Of a stretch of DNA of 64,000 nt, positions 20,846 through 29,791 are shown piece after piece; positions within the stretch are counted from its first letter, which is position 1, and each line of letters starts with the position of its first letter. The notes beneath the pieces are model-generated. The model was given only the letters and a program-made list of their open reading frames with translations. It did not search any database and had not been told where the DNA came from. Location: positions 64,001 to 128,000 of the forward strand of contig CBEVQY010000002.1 of NCBI GenBank assembly GCA_965552135.1, read 5' to 3'. This DNA is from an uncultured bacterium. Its GTDB lineage: Bacteria; UBP14; UBA6098; B30-G16. Position numbers and translations under genes: made by a program.

Positions 20846-21107
20846 GCGTCGCCCCCGCGGGAGCTCAGCGCACCCGAAGATAACACGCCGCCAACCGAAG
20901 CGCCCAAGCGAAAAAGAGTCCTCGTAAGCACCTGCGGAAACGCAGCGCCGAAGATCTTGGCGCCCCCGCCCAAGGCCTTCCCTGGCGCCCGTCCCGTAGA
21001 TGCCACCATCGAAAGCCCGGAAAGCCACCGTCAAAACCTTGCCGCCCCGAACGCAGCCCAAATGAGGCAACAAGCCGGCCCCACAGGCGGGGGCTCTTCG
21101 AAAAGGC

Positions 21108-22385
21108 TCACATCCGCTCGATTATCGCCGTGGCAAACTCAGACGTCCTTATGGGCTCCACGCCCTCCATCTGGCGCGCGAGGTCGTAGGTGACCTTCTT
21201 GTCCTGGATGGCGCGCTCAAGACCCTTCTCGATCAGGTCGGCGGCTTCGTTCCAGCCGATGTAGCGGAGCATCATAACGCCCGAGAGGGTGAGGGAGCCC
21301 GGATTGACCTTATCCATGCCACGGTATTTCGGCGCCGTTCCGTGGGTAGCCTCGAAGAGGGCGATGTAGTCGCCGATGTTTGCGCCGGGCGCCATCCCCA
21401 GGCCGCCAACCTGCGCGGCAGCAGCATCGGACATATAATCGCCGTTTAGGTTCGGCATCGCCAGAACATCGTACTCGGCAGGGCGAAGCAGAAGCTGCTG
21501 GAACATCTGGTCGGCGATCCTGTCCTTGATGACGATCCTTCCGCCGGGGTCTCCCGGAGGTCTTCCGCCGCGAAGGTGGGCAAAGGCGCCCTCCTTGTGA
21601 TAGGGCGTAACGCCGTCCTCGCCCTTCACCATATCCCAAAGCTCGTCCTCAGTTATCACGTAATCCCTGAACTCCTCAAGCGCCACCTCGTAGCCCCAGT
21701 TCTTGAAGGCACCCTCGGTGAACTTCATTATGTTGCCTTTGTGGACGAGGGTGACGCTTTTGCGGTTGTTCTCGATGGCGTACTTTATCGCCTTGCGGAC
21801 GAGTCGCTTCGTGCCGGTCTCGGAGATGGGCTTTATCCCTATCCCCGAGTCGGGGCGGATCTTTTTGCCGAACTCCTTGTCGATAAACTCGATTATCTTT
21901 TTTGCCTCGGGCGAGCCCATTTCCCACTCGATGCCGGCGTAAACGTCCTCGGTGTTTTCGCGGAAGACGACGACGTCCAGAAGCTCGGGGTGCTTCATCG
22001 GCGATGGAACGCCCTTGTACCACTTCACGGGTCGCACGCAGGCGTAGAGGTCGAGGACCTGGCGGAGCGTGACGTTTAGGCTCCTGTACCCACCGCCCAC
22101 GGGCGTCGTGAGCGGACCCTTGATGGCGACGATGTGCTCCCTTATCGCGTCTATAGTCTCCTGCGGAAGCCACTCGCCCTTCACCTTCTTCGCCTTTTCG
22201 CCGGCGTAGATCTCGAGCCAGTGGATCTTACGCTTGCCCCCGTAAGCCTTCTCCACTGCAGCGTTCCATATGCGCATCGAGGCGCTCATTATGTCGGGAC
22301 CGATCCCATCGCCCTCGATGAACGGGATAATCGGCTCGTCGGGAACGACAAGCTTCCCATCTACGACCTTGATCTTCTCCGCCAT
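21108..22385 (-). CDS. icd: Isocitrate dehydrogenase, E. coli-type (probably NADP-dependent)
   Basis: [40 protein letters not shown] and HGTAPKY. Confidence 0.95.
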   Translation of the reverse strand: MAEKIKVVDGKLVVPDEPIIPFIEGDGIGPDIMSASMRIWNAAVEKAYGGKRKIHWLEIYAGEKAKKVKGEWLPQETIDAIREHIVAIKGPLTTPVGGGYRSLNVTLRQVLDLYACVRPVKWYKGVPSPMKHPELLDVVVFRENTEDVYAGIEWEMGSPEAKKIIEFIDKEFGKKIRPDSGIGIKPISETGTKRLVRKAIKYAIENNRKSVTLVHKGNIMKFTEGAFKNWGYEVALEEFRDYVITEDELWDMVKGEDGVTPYHKEGAFAHLRGGRPPGDPGGRIVIKDRIADQMFQQLLLRPAEYDVLAMPNLNGDYMSDAAAAQVGGLGMAPGANIGDYIALFEATHGTAPKYRGMDKVNPGSLTLSGVMMLRYIGWNEAADLIEKGLERAIQDKKVTYDLARQMEGVEPIRTSEFATAIIERM

Positions 22386-22408
22386 ACCCTCCTCCTTTCA
22401 GCCTACAC

Positions 22409-23308
22409 TTACTTTGTAAATATGACCTTGGTTGCAAGCTTTCTTTTGCCATCCGTTGCGGTCGCAATGTACACTCCAGCGCCGAGCCTGACGTCGGGAT
22501 GCCAGACGTTGCCAAAAACTCTGTCCACAGCGCGCCCGCCAAGGTCGTAGATAACGACGTCCCAGCCCTCGGGCGCAGCTACAACGCACTCGGAGTTGAA
22601 GGGGTTCGGGAAAACGCGCAGAAGCAGATGCTGATCAGGCGTCCTCATCTCATCAACCTTCGTCACCGAGTAGCTTATAAGCTCACTTTGCGTTTCGGTG
22701 CCCGTGAACGCATCGGTCGCGTGGTATTTTGCCACCCCGACCTCAGGCGCAAGCCAATGGGTTATCGGCGGCACAGCTCCGCTGTCGGAGTAAATCACCA
22801 TACCGCCCATCGAGACCTCTATTATATACCAACCGGACATCACGAGTCTGAGGCAGCTGGCAAACTCTCCCGCGGGCACGACAACATCCTCGAACCCATC
22901 GGCGCGCCCGGTAAGCTCAACGCGCAGCCAGTACGTATAACCCTCCTCATCCCAGGTCGAGTCCATCGTCATGGCGGGCCACTCGTCGCCTACCTCGAAG
23001 ATCGTCGGCATAAACTTCACAGGAGGCGAGGAAGTTTGCACCACGTAGTACCCGTCGTCGCGGATCTGGAAGTAGGTGGTGTCGAGGTCGCCTGCCGTGT
23101 AGGAGCTATCGACGGAGATGTAGGCGACGAAACCGTCCATCGTCGTAACATCAACGATCTTGCTCAGGATTGTATCGATCTCGCCCTCGGAGGAGTCGCG
23201 CATAACCCACCTGTTCCCAACGGCGAGTGGCATGTAGGTGCTTGCATCAAGCGCCCAAAGCGACGATGCAGCAAAGATCAAAACGAGCGCAACCCCAAAG
23301 CCGCGCAT
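22409..23308 (-). CDS. Secreted protein with a T9SS type-A C-terminal sorting domain
   Basis: Signal peptide MRGFGVALV...LWA, then a YMPLAVGNRW beta domain. C-terminus reads FPNPFN...IYDLGG...GVY...K.IF.K. Confidence 0.8.
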   Translation of the reverse strand: MRGFGVALVLIFAASSLWALDASTYMPLAVGNRWVMRDSSEGEIDTILSKIVDVTTMDGFVAYISVDSSYTAGDLDTTYFQIRDDGYYVVQTSSPPVKFMPTIFEVGDEWPAMTMDSTWDEEGYTYWLRVELTGRADGFEDVVVPAGEFASCLRLVMSGWYIIEVSMGGMVIYSDSGAVPPITHWLAPEVGVAKYHATDAFTGTETQSELISYSVTKVDEMRTPDQHLLLRVFPNPFNSECVVAAPEGWDVVIYDLGGRAVDRVFGNVWHPDVRLGAGVYIATATDGKRKLATKVIFTK

Positions 23309-23328
23309 GGCAAAAACCCCCTTTTGAC

Positions 23329-23826
23329 TCACAAGGCGAAATCGCCGTGCTTTTTTATGTGCTCCTCTATCCCGCCGTCCTCGATGATCTTAAGCATAAC
23401 GGGCGGCATGGGCGTAGCCTTGACCTCGAAGCCTTTGGTCAAGTTCTTGATGACGCCCTTTTCGAGGTCGATCTCGACCTCATCGCCGGCGTCGAAGCGG
23501 TCGGTGTCGACCTCCAGGACGGGCAGACCGACGTTTATGGCGTTGCGGTAAAAGATTCTGGCGAACGACTTCGCGAGGATGCACGCAACCCCGGCAAGCT
23601 TTATTATCCTTGGCGCGTGTTCGCGCGATGAGCCAAGCCCAAAGTTCTTGCCCGCAACGATTATGTCGCCGGGCTTCACCTTCTTGGCAAACTCGGGGTC
23701 GGCGTCCTCGAGAACGTGCTTGGCAAGCTCGGGCAGGTTCGTCCGAAGGTGAAAATACCTGCCCGGCGCAATGTGATCGGTGGAGATGTTGTCGCCGAAC
23801 TTGTGGACCCTGCCGCGCAAAACCAT
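23329..23826 (-). CDS. leuD: LeuD/HacB-type aconitase-family small subunit
   Basis: [35 protein letters not shown] and IIEDGG. Substrate uncertain. Confidence 0.88.
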   Translation of the reverse strand: MVLRGRVHKFGDNISTDHIAPGRYFHLRTNLPELAKHVLEDADPEFAKKVKPGDIIVAGKNFGLGSSREHAPRIIKLAGVACILAKSFARIFYRNAINVGLPVLEVDTDRFDAGDEVEIDLEKGVIKNLTKGFEVKATPMPPVMLKIIEDGGIEEHIKKHGDFAL

Positions 23827-23918
23827 CGAATACCCCCTTGCTGAAAACCTCCATCAAATTTAAAGGAGCTTGTCCTCGCTGGCAACACAAATCAAAAGAC
23901 GAACAGAGGCAACCCGCA

Positions 23919-24485
23919 CTATCGCCCCTTAAGCCCCTCAAGCTCCTTCCGGAGCCTCCTGTTCTCCTCCTCGAGCCTCTCGACACGCTCCAGAAGCTCC
24001 TTTATCGCCGCTGTGTTTATCGCAGTCATGTGGTCGTAGTTGAGGGCGTAGTGATCCGTCTTCCTCACAAGCTCAGGCAGAACCTGCTCCACCTCCTGCG
24101 CAATGAAACCGTAGTCGTATCTGCCCCTTACGGCGTGGTCGAGGTCCTTTGCGTCGGAATTCGGGTGGTTGTCGCTGCCGCAGACTATGCCGCTGAAGTC
24201 GCAGTCGGCGCCCATATCGTTATCCCCGTCGATGAAACTATGAAGGGCACCAGACGGAAAACGTTGTTTTCCTTCACCAATTGCGCTACCGCAGCGCGCA
24301 CCGTGCAGACCGCGCTAAAGTTGGGCATTCCTCGCCTCACCGCAACCTGTCCCCTCCCAATGAACCTTCACCCACAAGACGTCGCCGAGCGTAACATCAC
24401 AACGCCCCTCGCTGTTGAGCGTCACCAGGTGCGCCTCATCCCAGATGTTGTCGCACTTGTTGCGTCGTCATATAGAATAAAAACG
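23919..24485 (-). pseudogene. Decayed gene for a Peptidase_S74 (intramolecular chaperone) tail-fibre-like protein
   Basis: C-terminal YGFIAQEVEQVLPELV...LNY...AIKEL plus a coiled coil. Upstream remnants FILYDDATS / IWDEAHLVTL..G...VTLG carry a frameshift and an in-frame TAG at 24315-24317. Confidence 0.7.
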
Positions 24486-24492
24486 CCTGGAC

Positions 24493-25752
24493 TCAGAGGA
24501 AGCGCCTGGGGTCAACTATCTTTCCTGCGATAGCCGATGCGGCAGCCGTTGCGGGGGAGCCCAGGAAGATGAACCCCTCGGGGTTGCCCATTCTGCCGTG
24601 GAAGTTTCTGTTTTGGGTCGACAGGCACTTTTCGCCGTCGGCGAGGACGCCTTCGTGAACGCCGACGCAGGGACCGCACCCGGGTGCCAGAACGGCGCCG
24701 CCAGCCTCGACGAATATCTCCAAAAGCCCCTCGCGCAGCGCCTGCAGGAAAACCTCGCGCGAGGCTGGAACAACGATGAGTCTGACGTCGGGATGAACGT
24801 GCTTGCCCTTGAGGATCTGCGCGGCAACGCGAAGATCGGATATCCTGCCGTTGGTGCAGGTGCCGATGAAAACCTGGTCGATCCTTATGTCCTCCTCCTC
24901 CGCCTCGCGCGCGGTCTTCGTGTTGTCGACGGTGTGGGGGAAGGAGACAGTGGGCTCGATCTTAGAGAGGTCGAACTCGTAGGTCTTCTCGAAGTAGGCG
25001 TCGGGGTCGGATTCTATCTTGCGGAACTTATCGCCCCGGCCTCGGGACTCGAGGTAGGCTTTGGTCACCTCGTCGGTGGGGAAAAGTCCCGTTTTGCCGC
25101 CCGCCTCTATCGCCATGTTGGCGATGGTGAAGCGCGATTCTATATCGAGCGCCTCTGCTCCGTCGCCCACAAACTCCATCGCCTTGTACGTCGCTCCGTC
25201 GGCGCCTATCGTGCCTATGATGTGGAGGATGACGTCCTTGGCGAAGACCCCATCGGGAAGCTTTCCCTTAAGGACGAACCTGTGCGTCTGGGGGACTCTG
25301 AACCACGTTTTTCCCAGCGCGAAAGCGAGGGCGACGTCGGTGGATCCCATCCCCGTGGCGAAGGCTCCCAGCGCGCCCGAGGTGCATGTGTGCGAATCGG
25401 CGCCGACAACGATCTCGCCGGGATTTACGTAGCTTTCCACAAGCCTCTGGTGGCACACGCCATCGCCCACGTCCGAGACGACCGCACCCGTCTTTTTGGC
25501 GAACTCGCGCAGCATCTTGTGGGCGTTGGAAAGCTCCTTGCGCGGGCTGGGAGCTGCGTGGTCGATGAAGAGAATCTTCCTTTCGGGATCAACGACCTTA
25601 ACGAGGTTCATCTTCTCAAGCTCCTGGACCGAAAGCGGTCCTGTCCCGTCCTGGACCATTGCGACGTCGACAGGCGCAACAACGAGCTCGTCGGCGCTGA
25701 CATCACGACCAAGATGCTCCGAAAAGATCTTCTCCGAAATCGTCTTCCCCAT
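24493..25752 (-). CDS. leuC: LeuC/HacA-type aconitase-family large subunit
   Basis: GVCHQ, GADSHTCT.GA, IGTCTNGR, PGCGPCVG and NRNF.GRMG. Start MGKTISEK after GGAG. Confidence 0.9.
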   Translation of the reverse strand: MGKTISEKIFSEHLGRDVSADELVVAPVDVAMVQDGTGPLSVQELEKMNLVKVVDPERKILFIDHAAPSPRKELSNAHKMLREFAKKTGAVVSDVGDGVCHQRLVESYVNPGEIVVGADSHTCTSGALGAFATGMGSTDVALAFALGKTWFRVPQTHRFVLKGKLPDGVFAKDVILHIIGTIGADGATYKAMEFVGDGAEALDIESRFTIANMAIEAGGKTGLFPTDEVTKAYLESRGRGDKFRKIESDPDAYFEKTYEFDLSKIEPTVSFPHTVDNTKTAREAEEEDIRIDQVFIGTCTNGRISDLRVAAQILKGKHVHPDVRLIVVPASREVFLQALREGLLEIFVEAGGAVLAPGCGPCVGVHEGVLADGEKCLSTQNRNFHGRMGNPEGFIFLGSPATAAASAIAGKIVDPRRFL

Positions 25753-25833
25753 AGCTCCTCTCCTTGCTTTGACCACCCAATTTCGAAAGCTAACCGCCTA
25801 TGCCCCTGGGCGCAAGGCGTTTGATGTCAGGTC

Positions 25834-27324
25834 CTATCGCACGACACAAAGCCTTTTGCGCACAAAGCGCCCCCTTCTGGTCACAAGCTCTGCGACGTAG
25901 AGCCCTGTGGGCAGGTCACCAAGCTTTACGCGCAACTCGCCCAAAACGGGTCGCCTTACGACCTCGCGACCGAGTATGTCGTAGATCCTCGCTGTTCCGG
26001 CGGGCGCCCTGAAGACGACCTGCTCGCCCGTCGCGAAAAGCCCCGGCGCACCCCCCAGATCACCGCCATCGGAAACCCCGGCAAGCTCGAAGGGCGCGTC
26101 CAAAACGGTGTTGTGCCCTGGCTCGATCACGACGTCGGAAAAGACAAGCTCGAGGGTATCGTAGCTTACGCGCACGGTGTACTCCCCGGGCTCGAGGAAG
26201 CGATGGTAGATCCCCTGGAAGCTGCAGGTTCGCGGGGGGAAAGTTGTGTCGGTCACGCCCTCCACGACGACCACAGCGGGCAGCGGCTCGCCGGTTCCTG
26301 CATCGTAGGCGCGAACCAAAAGACCCTTCTCGAACATCCTGTCGAACACGTAGAAGATGCCCCTGCCAACCCTCGCGGCTATCGTGTCGATCGTATCGCC
26401 GTGCCAAAAGCACTTGTTCGTTATCTCCATAAGGATCGCGCAGCAGCCGGTGTACCAGTAGGCCCACGTTTGCAGCTTGGGCTTTGTGTTGTATGCGGCG
26501 CGGCATTCGTAGTGCTCGCCCGCAACCTCCGTCTCGGTGTTGTCGGCAAGATCCCAGGCAACCAGGGCATAGTGGGGGTAACCCTCACCGTGGTACGATC
26601 CTGCATCGACGTCCCACCAGCAGAACCAAAGCTTGTTGCCGCCCATAGAGTCGGGCGAGTGGAGATCGAGGACAACGGAGGGTCTGTAGTAGTCTATAAG
26701 GTCCCTAAGGACGACAGCCTCCTGCTCCGACCAGGGGTATGGTCCCTTGTAGTTTTCGCTTTGGGGGTCGGTGACGTCGTATTCGTCCCATCTGAACTCG
26801 TAGTTTCTGTTCGGGTCGACGCCGTCGTAGAGGGTGTCGAAGACGCCGTTTCCGTTGTTGTCGCGCTTGTTTTTGCGCCAATGGATGGTGTGCTGAGGTC
26901 CTTCGGTCATCACAACCTGCCTGCCCTCGGGGTTGTCGACGGGGATGAGCCATATCTGCAGCGAATCGAGCCACTTCGTCACCCTCTCATCCACGCCGTA
27001 GTGGGATGTGAGGTACCGCAGCAGCCACATCACGACCTCGGTTCCCGCGGGCTCCCTTGCGTGCTGACCGCCAACCAAAAGTACGCACGGCTCGGGCTCG
27101 TCGAGCGACGCGTTGTCGGAAAGCCTCACTCCCACGATGGGAAGGCTATCCTGCGTGCTCTGTCCCAGGGTCTCGACATGGCATATCGACGGGAACTCGT
27201 CCGCCAGCTCGCCCACTTCGCTTAGGACTTCGTCGTAGGTGTGGTATCGCGGGTCGACCTCGGGTGGCTGCGCCAAAACCGCCGAAAACAAAAGCACACC
27301 AACCACACCAAAAAGGCGGACCAT
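25834..27324 (-). CDS. Secreted M14 zinc carboxypeptidase with a regulatory beta domain and a T9SS type-A CTD
   Basis: Signal peptide, HARE, NPEG, RKN, GVDPNRNY and DLHS. C-terminus reads IYDILGR...GLY...R. Confidence 0.88.
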   Translation of the reverse strand: MVRLFGVVGVLLFSAVLAQPPEVDPRYHTYDEVLSEVGELADEFPSICHVETLGQSTQDSLPIVGVRLSDNASLDEPEPCVLLVGGQHAREPAGTEVVMWLLRYLTSHYGVDERVTKWLDSLQIWLIPVDNPEGRQVVMTEGPQHTIHWRKNKRDNNGNGVFDTLYDGVDPNRNYEFRWDEYDVTDPQSENYKGPYPWSEQEAVVLRDLIDYYRPSVVLDLHSPDSMGGNKLWFCWWDVDAGSYHGEGYPHYALVAWDLADNTETEVAGEHYECRAAYNTKPKLQTWAYWYTGCCAILMEITNKCFWHGDTIDTIAARVGRGIFYVFDRMFEKGLLVRAYDAGTGEPLPAVVVVEGVTDTTFPPRTCSFQGIYHRFLEPGEYTVRVSYDTLELVFSDVVIEPGHNTVLDAPFELAGVSDGGDLGGAPGLFATGEQVVFRAPAGTARIYDILGREVVRRPVLGELRVKLGDLPTGLYVAELVTRRGRFVRKRLCVVR

Positions 27325-27335
27325 CCCAAAGCCCC

Positions 27336-27836
27336 CTATTTGCCGAACCTTGCGCCGAAAAGCAACGAAAACCCGAAGTTGGTTATGCTGTAGCCGCTTG
27401 CGGAGGCGATGGCAAGGGCTATTTGCATCTCTGCGTAGGGTCTTATGGGCATCTCCCGCAAAAGCACTTCGACTCCTCCGCCCAGGTCGAATCCGAAAGA
27501 GGTTGTGCCCGACCCCGCGCCTATCCTCACTCCGCCAGCCACAAACGGCTTGATGCTCTGAACGCGCCGCATGAAGTAGACGAGATCAAAGGCAGAGCCC
27601 GTTCCGAGCAGGAAAGAAGTCGAGCTTCCCGCATAAAGGTTCATCAGGCTTGCACGGGCATAAAGCGAGCGGTAGACCGGGACCATCCCCTCAAAAGTCA
27701 TTGTAAACCCGACCTCCGAGTCGCTGGAGCCGTCGATGCTTGTGGTCATAAGCTGCATTCCGACCCCGCCTCCGGCGACAAGCCCGCCGCAAAACGCCGC
27801 AGACACCAAAAGAAGCACAGACAAAAAAGCCCTCAT
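27336..27836 (-). CDS. Small outer-membrane beta-barrel protein
   Basis: Signal peptide, alternating amphipathic strands, PFVAGG, GGGVE and a C-terminal GARF. Confidence 0.75.
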   Translation of the reverse strand: MRAFLSVLLLVSAAFCGGLVAGGGVGMQLMTTSIDGSSDSEVGFTMTFEGMVPVYRSLYARASLMNLYAGSSTSFLLGTGSAFDLVYFMRRVQSIKPFVAGGVRIGAGSGTTSFGFDLGGGVEVLLREMPIRPYAEMQIALAIASASGYSITNFGFSLLFGARFGK

Positions 27837-27902
27837 AACGCTACCCCCAAGCTTTCGGGACTACCTAACGTTAAAAATTTGGCAGCTGTGGCGCAACCCT
27901 TT

Positions 27903-29057
27903 TTAGATAACCTCGACGACTTCGCCGTCGCGCACGTAAACTCGCCTGACGCGCTCCGATATGCCGGTGAGGATTTCGTAGTTTATCGTATGAGCCCACC
28001 TTGCGTGGTCGTCGGCGGTAATGCGTTCGGTGCCCTGCCTGCCTATTATGACGACCTCGTCGTCGAGCTCGACCTCCTCGTCGACCTCGACCATCGTGGT
28101 GTCCATGCACACCCTGCCCAGTATCGGTCGCTTTTTCCCCCTGATGAGCACTTCGCCGCGGTTGGAGAGCGCTCTCCTGAGCCCATCGCCGTAGCCGGCG
28201 CGGATCACCGCAACGCATGTGGAGCGACGGGTCACATACGTCCTGCCGTAGCTTATGGACGTCCCCGGCCCGAACCTGCGCAGCTGAACGACACGGGTGC
28301 GAAGCGAAAGCACAGGCTCCACCGAAATGCTGCGACGAACCTCCTGCGACGGGTAAAGTCCATACGCCAATATCCCAGGGCGAACGCAGTTGCCGTATAT
28401 CGGATGTGCCAGGATACCCGCGGAGTTGGATATGTGCACAAGTGGGATATCGATTCCGCCCCTTTTGAGTGTTTCGACGACCTGTGCGAAGCGTCGAAGC
28501 TGCATCCTCGTGAACTCCACGTCGGAGGGGTCGGTGCTGTCGGCGACGGGGAAGTGCGAGAAGACCCCCTCGATCTTCACGTTCGGCAGGCGCGCCATAG
28601 CCGCTATCTCGCCAACGGCGTCGTACCACGGAAAGCCGGTTCTCCCCATACCAGTGTCGACCTCAACGTGGACCCTGACGACCTTGCCCGCCTTCTTCGC
28701 CTCAAGCGACAAAGCCTCCACAAGCGGTCTTGAGACGGCGTTTGGCGAAAGGTCGTGATACACCACAGAGGGCACCTGCTCGAGCGTTGGCGGCGTGAGG
28801 ACTATTATCTCCCCCTCGATTCCCGCGTCGCGCAGCTGAACGCCCTCCACGAGGGTGGCGACGCCAAAGCGCTTCACGCCGTGCCGCTGCGCCTCGCGAC
28901 AGATCGGAACAACACCGTGACCGTAAGCGTTGGCTTTTACGGCAAGTATGATCTCCCTGCCGCCGCACCAGCGGCGAATCGCCTCGAGGTTCCTGCCGAA
29001 AGCGGAAAGATCAACCTCGCAGAAGGTCTCGAGGTAATGTCCGCGTGGGTCGCGCAT
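27903..29057 (-). CDS. alr: Alanine racemase
   Basis: AVKANAYGHG, DTGMGR, SHF, RPGI..YG, SYG, GYGDG and GRVCMD. Confidence 0.95.
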   Translation of the reverse strand: MRDPRGHYLETFCEVDLSAFGRNLEAIRRWCGGREIILAVKANAYGHGVVPICREAQRHGVKRFGVATLVEGVQLRDAGIEGEIIVLTPPTLEQVPSVVYHDLSPNAVSRPLVEALSLEAKKAGKVVRVHVEVDTGMGRTGFPWYDAVGEIAAMARLPNVKIEGVFSHFPVADSTDPSDVEFTRMQLRRFAQVVETLKRGGIDIPLVHISNSAGILAHPIYGNCVRPGILAYGLYPSQEVRRSISVEPVLSLRTRVVQLRRFGPGTSISYGRTYVTRRSTCVAVIRAGYGDGLRRALSNRGEVLIRGKKRPILGRVCMDTTMVEVDEEVELDDEVVIIGRQGTERITADDHARWAHTINYEILTGISERVRRVYVRDGEVVEVI

Positions 29058-29112
29058 CACAAAAATTTAAGGCAACACAAAGCCTTCGAAAACGTTTTGT
29101 TGCAAAACCGAT

Positions 29113-29140
29113 TTGCCACAAAAACACAACAAGCTATATT
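29113..29140 (+). promoter_or_regulatory. Putative sigma70 promoter for the operon starting at 29168
   Basis: TTGCCA-N16-TATATT, then GGAGGTG before the GTG at 29168. Confidence 0.55.
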
Positions 29141-29167
29141 TGAACCAAACAAAGCGGGAGGTGAACG

Positions 29168-29788
29168 GTGAAGCTTGTGTGGCTGGGGCATGCGGCGTTT
29201 CTGCTGCAGGGAAAGAAAAACGTATACATCGACCCCTACAACCTGGTGGGTGATCTGCCAAAGGCGGACGTGGTCCTCATCACACATCCCCACTTCGACC
29301 ACTGTTCGCCCGATGACGTCGCCAAGATTTCGTCTGAGCGCACTGTGGCGGTTGCGCCCCGGGGCTGCTCGGTAAATCTTCAGACCACCTTCGTGCAGCC
29401 CGGCGACGAGCTTGTCTTCGATGAAGTCGTGGTGAAGGCTGTGCCTGCGTACAACGTCGGAAAAAACTTCCACACGAAGGCGAACAACTGGGTCGGCTAC
29501 ATAGTCCGGATGGGCGGGATAAGTGTGTATCACGCGGGTGATACCGACGTCATCCCCGAGATGGACGGTCTTTCGGTGGACGTTGCGCTCCTTCCGGTCG
29601 GTGGAACGTACACGATGGACTGGTCCGAGGCTCTCAGAGCGGTCGAGATGATAAAGCCCAAGGTCGCGGTTCCCATGCACTACGGCAGCGTGGCAGGAAG
29701 CACCACCGACGCACTCAACTTCTGCAACAAGTGCCCCACAGAGTGCAAGGTCCTCGAGCAGAACCGCCCCTGGGAGATCGAGCTTTAG
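29168..29788 (+). CDS. MBL-fold metallo-hydrolase
   Basis: WLGHA, IDPY, THPHFDH, YHAGDT, LPVGG.YTM and PMHY. Confidence 0.9.
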   Translation: MKLVWLGHAAFLLQGKKNVYIDPYNLVGDLPKADVVLITHPHFDHCSPDDVAKISSERTVAVAPRGCSVNLQTTFVQPGDELVFDEVVVKAVPAYNVGKNFHTKANNWVGYIVRMGGISVYHAGDTDVIPEMDGLSVDVALLPVGGTYTMDWSEALRAVEMIKPKVAVPMHYGSVAGSTTDALNFCNKCPTECKVLEQNRPWEIEL

Positions 29789-29791
29789 GTC

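Noticed and set aside
23919..24215. Prophage remnant
   Set aside because: The S74 chaperone domain also occurs in cellular surface proteins, and no other phage gene is nearby.
24315..24317. In-frame TAG as pyrrolysine or stop-codon reassignment
   Set aside because: TAG ends several ordinary genes here and this region also has a frameshift and deletions, so decay is the simpler explanation.
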